This document shows, piece by piece, positions 12,186-23,706 of a stretch of 64,000 bases of DNA. A program made the position numbers and the translations under genes. Origin of the DNA: Dendrobates tinctorius (lineage: Eukaryota); contig NW_027361679.1 of the NCBI RefSeq assembly GCF_039654945.1, forward strand, positions 81,530,001 to 81,594,000, read 5' to 3'. Each line of letters starts with the position of its first letter. The stretch's first letter is position 1. The notes under the pieces were generated by a model. That model was not told the DNA's origin. It ran no database searches and was given only the letters and a program-made list of their open reading frames with translations.

Positions 12186-13566
12186 AGGAATGAAAGCAGC
12201 CATGCTCTCAGCTTGTTGTGTTACTGTGATAGGTTCGGCCCGTAAGGATAGTGTTCCAACATTTGGCACATCTCTGATGTTGGTATCAGATGCCATTTGT
12301 ATGGGAAGCTGGCCAGCTCGCCATTGTTCTATGGGCCCTAGAACATGCTTGGGTTCCTGCTCTTCCTGACATGCAGCAATGAGTGTCAATATAGCAGTCC
12401 GTACATGTTCCTGCCGTTCTTCAGGAACTTTTGCTAGGCTGTGTGAGAGGGACCTACAAAACTGCTCTACTGAATTTTCGGGTGTCAGGGAATTCAGGAT
12501 GCTTAAAACTCGCGCATCAGTCAGCTCAGGCAACATTCGTGTGTCTTCATGTCGCCTGTTTCGTTGATCTCTGAGAGTGCGGGCAAGATAGCGAGGGACA
12601 TTGGCTGTTGATCCTGCCTGTGTTGCTGGGGCTGATGATGTTGATGCTGCCTGTGGCGCTGGGGCTGCTGCTTGTGATGTTGCTTCACCAGATTATTGTG
12701 TGCTTCCCTGAGCAGCATCAGTGGAGGCTTCACCAGCATCAGACACCTGTTCAGGCTGTGTTGGTGGAGTGGGGTCCGCTGGGGGTTCGGTCTCCGAGGC
12801 TGAGGTACATGCCAATGATCTGTCTGGGGTGGGCAAATCATCTGAGTCATCCAGGTTGTCATACGTCCTAGGAGAAAAGACACTGTGGCATCAATATAAA
12901 TAATTGACATCAAACACTAAATCAAATAACTAGTTACATTGTGGTAATTTTGGAAAACATGAAGGTAGGTGTTGACTATGGAAACTCTTCAAATTTTAAC
13001 ATACAGTATACACTTGTGTATGTGTAAAATCTGAACATTCTTAATATTATGGAACTATGGGTCCACAATTTTGGGGGTCCGTTTAAAACATTTCTGTAAG
13101 GAAATTTTAGTAATAAAAACAGTGTTGTTGTAAGGTTATTATGTTTTGGCAAACACACAGAGTCACTTACGGATTTAGCTCCAAGATTGGCCTTAGGAAA
13201 GCTAAATTGCGGTAGTACACATATTGCCTCTTCTTGGAAGCACCGGTAGTGGAGGGGAGGGGATTAAATTCCCACCTGAACTGGTCCCTCGCTGAGCGCC
13301 AACGCCGTTTGACCAAATCAACTGTTGGTAAAGTGTTAAAAATGCAAAAATTACAGAAAGTACAACATTAAAATATTATTTCAAAACCAACATAATATTT
13401 TCAGCTCTGTTGTATTTCCTAATGTTTGGTTTGTGGATCATGATGGCTTAACAAAAATATCAAAACAATAAAAAATCCACTGGCGCTGACCACTACAAGA
13501 GACAGTCTGGTGGTACCTAGACATAATCTGTGCTCAAACTGTCAAAATAAAACATAGATACATTTG

Positions 13567-13981
13567 AAAATAATGTACTGCGCTCCCCAACTGCATACAA
13601 ATTGGGCTCCAAAGGCACAATGTGTTTAGAAGTGAAACTGAAAGTAAATTCAAATCAAATGTCTCACAAAAAGCCTACACTTCTCAGGAGAATGAAGGAG
13701 ATAAGAATCAAACACGCCTGCAATAATACTGGTGCACTGTAACAGGCTACTGCTGCAACACATAGAGGCTTACCCTGACTCTGGCTGAAGAGCAGGTGCC
13801 GTCCTGATCGCAGTAAGTAGGCCACAATGGGGACCAATGGGTGCAGAGCAGGCTGGGGTGAAGAGAAGTGTAGACTTTTTGTGAGACATTTGAAGTGAAT
13901 TTACTTTCAGTTTCACTTCTAAACACATTGTGCCTTTGGAGCCCAATTTGTATGCAGTTGGGGAGCGCGGTACATTATTTT
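13567..13981. repeat. ~120-bp inverted repeat with ~175-bp spacer (foldback/MITE-like)
   Basis: 13567-13685 is the reverse complement of 13863-13981. Confidence 0.8.
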
Positions 13982-14018
13982 CACAAAAATGTCCAAACAC
14001 TTTTGGCCTGGACACTAA

Positions 14019-14427
14019 AGGCCCTTTTACATTTAGCGATGCACCAGCGATCCAACCAGCGATCCGACCCGGTCAGGATCGCTGGTGCATCGCTAAATGA
14101 TCGCTAGTGAGCTTTCATACAGAAAGATCTCACAGCGATGCAGCAGCGACGCAGCGCACGATACTCACCTTTCACACACACAGCGATCCTGACGTCCTCC
14201 CGCCCGCCTCCACGCGTCGCTCGTCGTCACAGCAGGAAGTCTCAGCAGGAAGCGCCCGACGAGAAATGGAGCCGGACATTCTCGCGCGATCAGCAATGGA
14301 CAGCGGGGGAGCCGGTCGGAGGTAAGTATCACACATAGCGATATCGCTAGCAATATCGCTATAACGTCACAAAACCAGTGACGCTTTAGCGATATTGCTA
14401 GCGATATTGCTTAGTGTAAAACCCCCT
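14019..14427. mobile_element. Harbinger/Tourist-like MITE (agcgat-repeat family)
   Basis: TAA/TTA flanks; imperfect TIRs aggcccttttaca / tgtaaaaccccct; related copies at 35020-35400 and 44190-44451. Confidence 0.75.
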
Positions 14428-15520
14428 TTAGACTAAGAAGTGTGTGACCATTTTCATCCATGCTGTGACACAAAATGTGATGTTTTTTCACAATGCCCAT
14501 GTATAAAATCCGCTTAGAAACAACATAGCCTGCCAGACTTGTTGGGTAGAACGACACAAACCTTCACACAAGAAAAAATTAACAGCAGACATATGTAAGG
14601 GCTTGCAGTGTGTAAAATATTTTGTGTGGTGTCTAGATTTCAGTCTAAATCTTCAATTTAGCACACTCAAGACAGAGTCAGTGGTGGGTCAACCAACAAA
14701 TGTGACATACAAACAGTCCAAGTGTGTTATTTTGTTTTTGCAATATGTTGTGTATGGGCGGTTAATAATAGTATGAAGCACATGATGATCCTTACATGTA
14801 AACTAAGTCATAGGCGATCACCTTCTCATTTAAACAACGTAATTTACACTTGCAAGGCTATTTTTTGTTCAATTTGCTCCGGAAATTCACACATTGCTAA
14901 ATATGGCAGTCTAGTTAGGCCAAAGCCCCAAAATGTGAGCCCTCTGTACAGATATGGTTTTATACAGTACAGACTGTTAAATATGATATAACACAATTGT
15001 TAACCCATGGAAGAGTGCAAAAATTCACATTGTTAACACATGTCTGACAAGTAGCCATTGATTTAGCAAGGTAAATGTATTTTTTTACAAATATCCCTAA
15101 AACAAAAGTGTGACAGACATGAAGCTAGTGAGCAACACAAAAATACTGCCACAGACACACACTGCATGTTTTTAAAGTTTTCACAAAGCATGGTTAATGA
15201 TGAATTAGTATCTTAAATAGAGGGATCAGACTATAAACCTAGGACTAAATGTAATATATATGATGTGATTCAAGAGACAAATGCACAAAATATTAAGCTA
15301 ATCTGTGTTTTTGCTACACGTCACCTTGCAAATCTAACCATGTAAAATCTGGTAATATGAAAACATTTTTGAATTTGATTGAGAAAAAGGAACATCTATG
15401 GGGTAACTTACCAAACTTTACCTGCTTGGCTGGTGAATATGTGGCCCAACCAGGTCTGGGGTAGAGCTGTTCAGCTACAGCAAACCAAGCACGTTCTATG
15501 ACCAGCCTGTCATGGTATCC

Positions 15521-16352
15521 TGTTATGAGTTCATTCTCTCCTTCACCTCTGATGTCTGATGAACTCCCTCTGCTGGTAAAAGGAGGTAGTGAAATTGATC
15601 TGGATGGGAAGAACCTGTCATCTGAACAGGTGGAGTGTGATTGGACATCCGGAATTTCTGAGTGGATATAAGGCAGCCGACGCCCTGCAGGGTCGCTGGT
15701 GATCCTTTCTGCTCTGAGCTCTGGCATCCAGTTTAGTTCCCGTCTACTAAAAGCTAAGTTTTTGCTCTGCTGTTTTTCCATGAGATTTTGTCTGTTTACT
15801 TAGTGTTTGTGTTCGGCCTGCCCTGGTTGGGACAGGCTGAACTCCATTTTTGTCTCTGATCAGTTGATCTCTTTGCTCTGTCTTCAGAATATACCTGAGT
15901 GCTGATATAGTGATTTTGAAGTCTAGTGACTTCAGGGCCTTTTCTATCAGACGTGTTGGACATTATTTTTGGCAGGGTTTTTTGCGTGATTGCAGCCAGC
16001 ATCTTTTCTGTCCTTTCCTATCTAGTTAGTTGGGCCCCATCATTTGCTCAGCCTGTCTTTCTGTCTGTGTTTGTGTTTTCATCTGTTTTTTACCGACAAT
16101 ACATGTTGGGGGCTGTCTATTGCTTTGGGGTCTGCTCTGGGGCAGTTTAGATTTCCCCTTTCTTTCTTTAGGCTTATTTAGCTCTCCGGCTGTGACGAGG
16201 GGTCTAGGGCACCGTAGGAACCCCCTCACGGCTACTGTTAGTTGTGGTGAATAGGATCAGGGGTCTGCAATCTGCTAGCTGCCAACCTCTCCGGTTTTCT
16301 GGACTTAGCTTGTGTTTTTGTTTTTTCCTTCTCCGGTGACTCATTCATAACA
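15521..16352. mobile_element. Solo LTR inserted in the MADF exon
   Basis: TGTTATGA...TCATAACA termini; direct repeat GTATCC at 15515-15520 and 16353-16358; removing it restores DGYHDRL. Confidence 0.88.
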
Positions 16353-16959
16353 GTATCCGTCAGATTGAGTGTCCCAAAGTTCGGGATGTTGCTCCACCAG
16401 ACGCATAAGCTGTTCTGTGTCCACACGTTGGGGCCATAATTTTGTGAAAAATGACCAAACTACAAACTTGCAACCACTGTGAGAAGAGTCCAACTTCACC
16501 TCACTCCAAAAACTGTCCAAACTGTGAGCAATGTCTAGACACCTGGCTGGTATTGATACAATTTTTTCAACGTTAACCCTATATTTTGGATAACGCACAC
16601 GGACGGCACACGGTCAGCACATGGACGCCGTCCGTGTGCGGTACGTGTTTACATGGACCCATTGCTTTGTATGGGTCCGTGTGATCCGTGCTGTTGCACA
16701 AAAATGGACATGTCAGCGTATTTTGCACACAGTCCGTGAAAACACGCTGACATCTGCATAGACACATTCATTAGAATGTGTCTACGTATGTCAGTGTCTC
16801 CGATACGTGACAAAACTGTCACTACACGTACCGGAGTCACTGACGTCTGAAACTGGCCTTACACATAGGACCTAATCCTATTAATAATTGTGCCTCTTTT
16901 TAAAGTTTATGCAGCCATAGATGCAACTTGTCCTCACACAATACAGTACCTGGGACTAT

Positions 16960-17465
16960 TCTGAAGGGTGACCACTCTCTACTCATAAGTGCCTTATACT
17001 GACACTTTTTTATCCCAGGTAATAAGACCTTTAGATCTCTCCTCTGCTCTGAAAACTCCTGTGTTTTAATAAACTGTACATTAGCGTTTTTTGTTGTTTT
17101 CCGGTTTTTGTTTTTGTTTTGTACAAGACTTAACTGTATGTGACATATTAAATCCTGGTCTATTTTATTGTCCCCCCTTTTTTTTACATGTGTTATGTTC
17201 CCATTGCCAGTCTATATTTTCTCTTTTTGTTAGAATCTTTGATGCAATGTCTTTATTTTTATGTATTGTTTTCCTTATTTTATAGAACCCCTTGAGTAAG
17301 ATCCGGGAGGATCGAAACGTTGGGTAGCTTACCCTATGTGTATATACTACAATTGAAGTTGTGGCACTATTCTTTGTCTAGACTGGATGTCTTCATTTGA
17401 CTAAAATTTACTTATTTTTTGCAAATCATCAAGTAGTAGTGTGCGGAGGATTATACCTTTTTTTC
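16960..17465 (+). repeat. PLE 3' pseudo-LTR
   Basis: Direct repeat of 1155-1668. Confidence 0.9.
17286..17326 (+). ncRNA. Hammerhead ribozyme variant (second pLTR copy)
   Basis: accc c TTGAGTAA GATCC-ggga-GGATC GAAACGTT gggt; core and stem II arms are identical to the 5' copy. Confidence 0.75.
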
Positions 17466-18488
17466 CCATCACCCATATGTAGCAGAGCCGATTGAGTTGT
17501 GCATGCTTCTAGCCTGCTATGGAGGCTATTGAAGCATGCCAAAAGTAAAAAAAATGTTTAAAAATAAAAAAAAATAAAAAAACCCCTAAAAGTTCAAATC
17601 ACCCCCCTTTCGCCCCAATCAAAATAAAACAGTAAAAAAAAAATCCCACATACACATATTAGGTATCGCCGCGTTCAGAATCGCCCGATCTATCAATAAA
17701 AAAAGCAATAACCTGATCGCTAAACGGCGTAGCGAGAAAAAAAGTCAAAACCCCAGAATTACGTTTTTTTGATCTCTGTGACAATGCATTAAAATGCAAT
17801 AACGGGCGATCAAAAGAACGTGTCTGCATAAAAGTAGTATCATTAAAAACGTCAGCTCGGCACACAAAAAATAAGCCCTCACCCGACCCCAGATCACGAA
17901 AAATGGAGACGCTACGGGTCTAGGAAAATGGTGTTGTTTTATTTTTTTTTTAGCAAACTTTGGATTTTTTTTCACCACTTAGATAAAAAAGAACCTAGAC
18001 ACGTTTGGTGTCTATGAACTCATAATGACCTGGCGAATCATAATGGTGGGTCAGTTTAAGCATTTAGTGAACTAGCAAAAAAGCCAAGCAAAAATCAAGT
18101 GTGGGATTGCACTTTTTTTGCAATTTCACCGCACTTGGAATTTTTTTCCCGTTTTGTAGTACACGACATGGTAAAATCAATGGTGTTGTTCCCGCCAAAA
18201 ATAAGCCCTCACATGGCCATATTGACCAGAAAATAAAAAAGTTACAGCGAAAATAACCCCGGTCCTTAAGGGGTTACGAGATTACTTTGCCAAGCTAAAT
18301 ATGTATTGTTTTGTTCCAATTGGGGAACCTATTACCCTTTCTACACCCTTTGTATTAACTTTCTTTTTTTTTTTTTTTTTTAGCACAACTGGACTGACAA
18401 ATTCTGTGATCTGTGATCTTCGTACTGTGTGTATTGGGTTCTCCCCATTTGGTGTGAATGTTGGAGAGTGTTCTAAACAAAAAAAGAC

Positions 18489-19673
18489 TAAGGCAGTGTG
18501 CACACGATGCAGATTTGCAGCGGTTCCGCAGCGGATTTTTCCGCGCAGAAAAGTTGCATTTCTGCATTGTGATGTACAGTAGCCTTAAAATCAATGTAAA
18601 AAAAAAAAACGCTGTGCAGACGCTGCGGATTTTTCCGCGCAGTTTTCCCGCGGTACAAAATCCGCAGCATGTTACTTCTTTTGTGCGGTTTTCCATCTCC
18701 CCTGTCACCAAATCCGCAGGGGGAAACCGCAGTGGAAAACTGCACAAAAACCGCATGAAAACTGCATCAAAAATGGAAGAAATCCGCAGGAAAAATGTAG
18801 GTAATTTGACCTGCGGATTTCTTCCATTCTGCGCGGAAAAATCCGCAGGGCCAAAAAGTACGTCTGCACTCAGCCTCAGTATTCAATTGAATGGTGCAAT
18901 GGAATACACTAAGGCCCTGTGCACACGGTGCAGATTTTGTGCAGTTCTGCAGCAGATTTGGCCCTGCAGAACTGCAGCAGAACTGCACGTGATGTACAGT
19001 ACCATTTAAGGCTATGTAAAACAAAAAAGGCTGTGCACATGCTGCAGATTTTTCTGCACAGATTTGGTGCAGAATAAGGCTGTGTTCACACACCGTTTTT
19101 TTAGCGGTTTTTACTGCGGTTTTCACTATAAAACCCGCTATAAAACCGCTAAAAATAAGGTGCACAGTCACTTCTATGCATTTTGCACTTTTTGTGCACA
19201 TTGATGCGTTTTTTACCGCGAAAAAAACGCATCGCGGTAAAAACCGCAGCATGCACATTAATTTTGCGTTTTTTCCCGCGGTTTAGGCTTCTCCCATGCT
19301 TTTAGAAACCGCTGCGGTAAAAAACGCATCAAAACCGCGCAAAAAATGCACAAAAACCGCCGCGGAAAAATAGGTGCGGTTTCTGGGAAGGGATTCAGGT
19401 TTTTGTGCAGAAATTTTCTGCAACGTGTGCACTTACCCTAAAAGAAGCAGCATGTCGCTTCTTTTGTGCGGTTTTGCTGCAGTTTTCCACCTGCTACATT
19501 ATAGAAATCTGCACGTGGAAACTGCAGGGGAAATCCGCACAAAAACTGCACTAAATCTGCGATAAATCTGCACTAAAACTGCAGGTAAAACGCAGGTCAT
19601 TTTACCTACAGATTTAGCAAAATCTGCGCGGAAAATTCCACAGCAGAATCCGCACCGTGTGCACATAGCCTTA
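18489..19673. mobile_element. Cluster of tandem/nested Harbinger-type MITEs (ccgc/gcgg-rich)
   Basis: Repeated TAAGG..GTGTGCACAC starts and GTGTGCAC..CCTTA ends at TAA/TTA sites; related copies at 21445-21830 and 58268-58623. Confidence 0.7.
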
Positions 19674-21444
19674 AGGTAAAAGTGAAAGGCAGAGTAGGGG
19701 GGATGAAGATGGAATGACATGTCGATGCTGTGCTGATATAAAATAAGCATAGAGTCATCTCTAATCTACTGTAATCCACAGAGTTATGGCAGACAGCCTA
19801 ATCCTCATTATTATTGTCTGAAGTTGTTTCTGAGACAGTGGCAAAAGTAGTAGGCAGAAAAGACATGGCCATATTGGGGCTGTAATACTGATAAATTGAT
19901 ACCTGTGGTGAAGAAATCTGTGGTTTTTGTTTAATCAGCATTTGAAGATTTCTTGTAATGGCAGTTCAGTGCCCAAGGGCAGGACTGTGGGTAGGGTATT
20001 TTCTTCCTACTCTGGTCCTTCCGTCTGCCTTCTATGTTTGAATGAGTCAGTGACTTTCCTCCTATTGAAAATCTCACACCAGCGCAATCATTGTAGTGGT
20101 CTCCAATAACACAGCAGGTCGCCAAGAAAATGACGCTGTCGGCGGTGCATGCGCAGCCACCTCTATAAGTGACTGCTCCGAGCTCTTATATTATTCATAC
20201 CGAGGTTGCCTTCACTGGCAAGCTATCCAGAACACCAAAGGTATGTCTACCCTCTTCTGCGCACTCCTGTGCTGATTGTCTGGACACAGTGTGTGGCGCA
20301 AACGCAGGTTAAGAATTCAGAGCACTGTATTTTAGAGGCGACTGTGTATGCGCAGTTAGTTTTAGTTAATTTTTGTACAAATTTTGTGACATTTTAGCAA
20401 AACAAAAGACTTTTTGCTCTAAAAAGGTGCAAAAAGATTAAATAAAAATGAGCATTTCTTATTTTGCTCAAAATTCATGAACCGTATGCGCCGTTTTCAA
20501 GAATGTGGCACAATAAAAAGTGAGCAGAACAGATATCACAATACAAAAAAAGAAAAGTCACTTAAGAACACCGCAAATGATGTATCGGGTTTTTCAGCAT
20601 TTTTCTTTGTGTGTCAGTCTACCTGAAAACCAAAATTTGGTAATATAGTTCCATCTATCTTTGTGTCATTCTTTTTTTAACTCACACTGGTGAGTAGCAT
20701 CCGATGAGTCAGATGCAAAATGCAAACGACCCTCGGCTCAAATTCTGCTGCGATCGTGAGACAAGTGTCATTTTACTGGGATCCGATTCTCTCGTGTGAG
20801 AGAATCGCAGTACAGGTGAGGAGGAGATGGAGAAAGTAATTTCTCCATCTCCTCCATTGCCAGCGTCCACTGGGATGACATCCTCGTACAGTCCGATGTT
20901 TCACCTATAGGCTTGTATGGGGGCGTGCAATCCGATTCTTGGATGCATTCGCAGCCTGCTGCGCTTGAGAAAACTGGTGTGAGAAAATAACATGGCTCTG
21001 CAATTGTTTGAAAAGTAAGAAGTGCTTTTTATATACTTTTGATTGCTGAACTCAGTAAAATTATTGAAAAAAATTCCATCACATACAGTTTTTTTCACAA
21101 ACACTGACTACTTAGGCTTTTTTTTGCACCATACCTTGACCCCTTTGCGAAACCTTTTGAGAATGATTTTGGTGTCATTAAATTGGTTAGAAATGAATGG
21201 ACACTGTTCTGCGATTGACTGCTGTGGTCAGAGAAGATTTTCTTAACCCAGCTTCCAAAGGATGTGGTGGTGTCCATAGCATCCGTTCATAGCACATTTC
21301 ATTTTACCTCAGCGGTATAAGAACTGAAAGCTGCACTGTGATTGGCTGATATGGGGAGCAAAGGCAGATTTTCTTTTAGAGAGTTCATGAGACTTGGTGG
21401 GCTTACCGCCAATCCTTTCAGTATTTAGTGGTTGTGGTGAATTA

Positions 21445-21828
21445 GGCTATGTGCACACAGTGCTGATCCTCCCGCGGATTTTTCCGCACAGATTTTACTA
21501 AATCCGCAGGTCAAATGACCTGCATTTTTCCTGCGGATTTCTTCCTTTTTTTGCGGTTTTACTGCGGTTTTTGTGCGGTTTTCCACCTGCGAATTTGTAG
21601 AATGGAGCAGGTGGAAAACTGTAGCAAAACCGCACAAAAGAAGTCACATGCTGCTTTTTTTTCCACACAAAAACCGCGCGGAAATATCCGCAGCATGTGC
21701 ACAGCGGGTTTTTTTTTACATAGGCTATAATGGTACTGTACGTACATCACCTGCAGTTCTGCTGCAGATCCGCAGTGGCAAATCCGCTGCGGATCCGCAG
21801 CAGAATCCGCACCGTGTGCACAGAGCCT
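21445..21828. mobile_element. Harbinger-type MITE
   Basis: TTA|ggctatgtgcacac...gtgtgcacagagcc|TTA. Confidence 0.8.
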
Positions 21829-22019
21829 TAAGCTTCTGTTTCTAACATGATCGAAATGGTTACAAGAGGGTGTCGTAATTCACCCGATAACTTTTGCTAC
21901 ATTCACGGTTGTTTTGTAGTGAAGAAACAGCGATGGAAAATTACAAACTTCGTTAGAAAAGTGTATTGTCTGTACTTTGGTGTAAACCTAGGTGATCAGT
22001 ACAAGTTGTGGGCTCCAGG

Positions 22020-22206
22020 CAGGGCTGTGGAGTCGGAGTCGTCGAGTCTGAGTCGGAGCCCATTTTGAGTCGGAGTTGGAGTCGGTGTCATGGAAATTGA
22101 GGAGTTGGAGTCGGAAGTTTGGCTTACTGACTCCACAGCCCTGGTATGAGGGAGTCGGTATCATGGAAACTGAGGAGTCGGAGGTTTGGCTTACCGACTC
22201 CACAGC
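22020..22206. mobile_element. hAT-like MITE (ggagtc-repeat family), one complete and one partial copy
   Basis: cagggctgtggagtc...gactccacagccctg TIRs, the same termini as 51360-53990. Confidence 0.7.
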
Positions 22207-22724
22207 TCCACGTGTAGTGTGCTCTGTTTGTATAGAAGAGCTACAACAGCCGTCTAAAGGAAAGAAAGAGGGCTTTTTATTTCATGTGCCTATGATCTGG
22301 AGGGAATTGCAAAATCATAGTGATAACTGCTACTTTTGTACGTGCAATGTAGAGGGATTCAACTTTAAAAATAAGAAGGAAATGATGTACTCGGACCTCC
22401 CGTCAGCAATTCGCCCTGTGCCTCATGGTCCCTTCACCTCCAGAGAAACTTGAAGATACATCTAATTCAGAACATGAAAAGCAGGATTCTGAGAAAGACT
22501 TTCACGCCAATCCCAACAAGGCACAGCTTTTTTCACAGCACAAATTAAATGATTTAGTCAGGAAACTGGACCTTCCTAAACATTTTTGCAGAACTTTAAG
22601 GCTCTAGACCAGAAGTGGGGAAATCAGGACGGCATGGTATTCTGTCAGATAATACTTAGTTTCTTCCTGAAAATGATTGCAAACACAAATTCTTTGGTAT
22701 TATTATCTTCATTTAATTTGTCTT

Positions 22725-23182
22725 AGGCTGGAGTCACACACAACCATTAAAAAATCGGTCCGATTTTTACGGTACAAAATCGCACAAAGATTTCTTGTCC
22801 AGGTATCCGTCTGTCATCCGAATTTCCGGCGATGAACCGATTTTATTCGCATCTAAGCATCAAATTGACATCCAATGCCAATGCCTGATGCTCTTTCCTG
22901 CTGACCAGGAGAAGTCTTGCGATTTTATCGCAAGTCACACTTGTGGTCCGTTTGTAATCCGATTTTTAATCGCACCCATAGACTTGCATTGGCGAGTCCG
23001 ATCCGAAAATCGGTGACAATCGCAGCATGCTGCGATTGTCTCAGTCCGAGGAAACGTTCTGAAAAAAAAAAAAAAAAAATCAGATGATGGGAGCTGCCCC
23101 ATAGAATAACATTGAGACAAATGCAATGCGATTTTTTATCGCATTGCATTCGTCCGATTTTTTCGCTAGTGTGACTCCAGCC
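22725..23182. mobile_element. Harbinger-type MITE inside the Tc1 left TIR
   Basis: TTA|ggctggagtcacac...gtgtgactccagcc|TTA. Confidence 0.85.
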
Positions 23183-23706
23183 TTAAATGAAAAAACGCAA
23201 AAGAGAATGAAGCAAAAAGCAAAACATTGATCATTTCACACAGAACTCCAAAAATGGGCCAGACAAAAGTATTGGCACCCTAAGCCTCATACTTGGTTGC
23301 ACAACCTTTAGCCAAAATAACTGTGACCAACCACTTCCGGTAACCATCAATGAGTTTCTTACAATGCTCTGCTGGAATTTTAGACGATTCTTCTTTGGCA
23401 AACTGCTCCAGGTCCCTGATATTTGAAGGGTGCCTTCTCCAAACTGCCATTTTTAGATCTCTCCACAGGTGTTCTATGGGATTCAGGTCTGGACTCATTA
23501 CTGGCCACCTTAGAAGTCTCCAGTGCTTTCTCTCAAACCATTTTCTAGTGCTTTTTGAAGTGTGTTTTGGGTCATTGTCCTGCTGGAAGACCCATGACCT
23601 CTGAGGGAGACCCAGCTTTCTCAGACTGGGCCCTACATTATGCTGCGAAATTTGTTGGTAGTCTTCAGACTTCATTATGCCATGCACACGGTCAAGCAGT
23701 CCAGTG

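Larger units (their letters stand above)
11593..16440 (-). pseudogene. Harbinger second gene: MADF/Myb-SANT DNA-binding protein with a BESS-like motif and Pro/Ser/Tyr-rich tail, spliced
   Basis: Exon ~16440-15412 (VDTEQLMRLVEQHPELWDTQSDGY|HDRLVIERAW..KQVKF, split by a solo LTR); exon 13321-13171 (LVKRRWRSARDQF..YVYYRNLAFLRPIL); exon from ~12867 (..EQFCRSLSHSLAKVPEERQEHVRTAILTLI). GT-AG boundaries; one TAA stop and a late frameshift. Confidence 0.85.
6031..16858. mobile_element. Full-length PIF/Harbinger DNA transposon (transposase and MADF genes convergent), inactivated
   Basis: TTA TSDs at 6028-6030 and 16859-16861; TIRs gggcggtttcacacgtc / gacgtctgaaactggcc (14/17 match); ccgtg subterminal repeats; both Harbinger genes are present. 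Confidence 0.92.
1155..17465 (+). mobile_element. Penelope-like retroelement (Neptune-type) with direct pseudo-LTRs, interrupted by a Harbinger at 6031-16858
   Basis: ~510 bp direct repeats at 1155-1668 and 16960-17465 flank ORF1/RT/GIY-YIG coding sequence; both repeats contain a hammerhead motif. Confidence 0.9.
910..18273. mobile_element. piggyBac/T2-type non-autonomous DNA element, split by the PLE (pieces 910-1154 and 17466-18273)
   Basis: TTAA|CCCCTTAA at 906-917 and TTAAGGGG|TTAC at 18266-18277. The sequences flanking the PLE (ctgctacatatgggcgat / atcacccatatgtagcag) are the two arms of one hairpin. Internal motifs are shared with the element at 60896-63904. Confidence 0.7.

Noticed and set aside
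18355-19750. Several 80-180 aa ORFs
   Set aside because: Chance frames through ccgc/gcgg-rich MITE arrays with no protein motifs.
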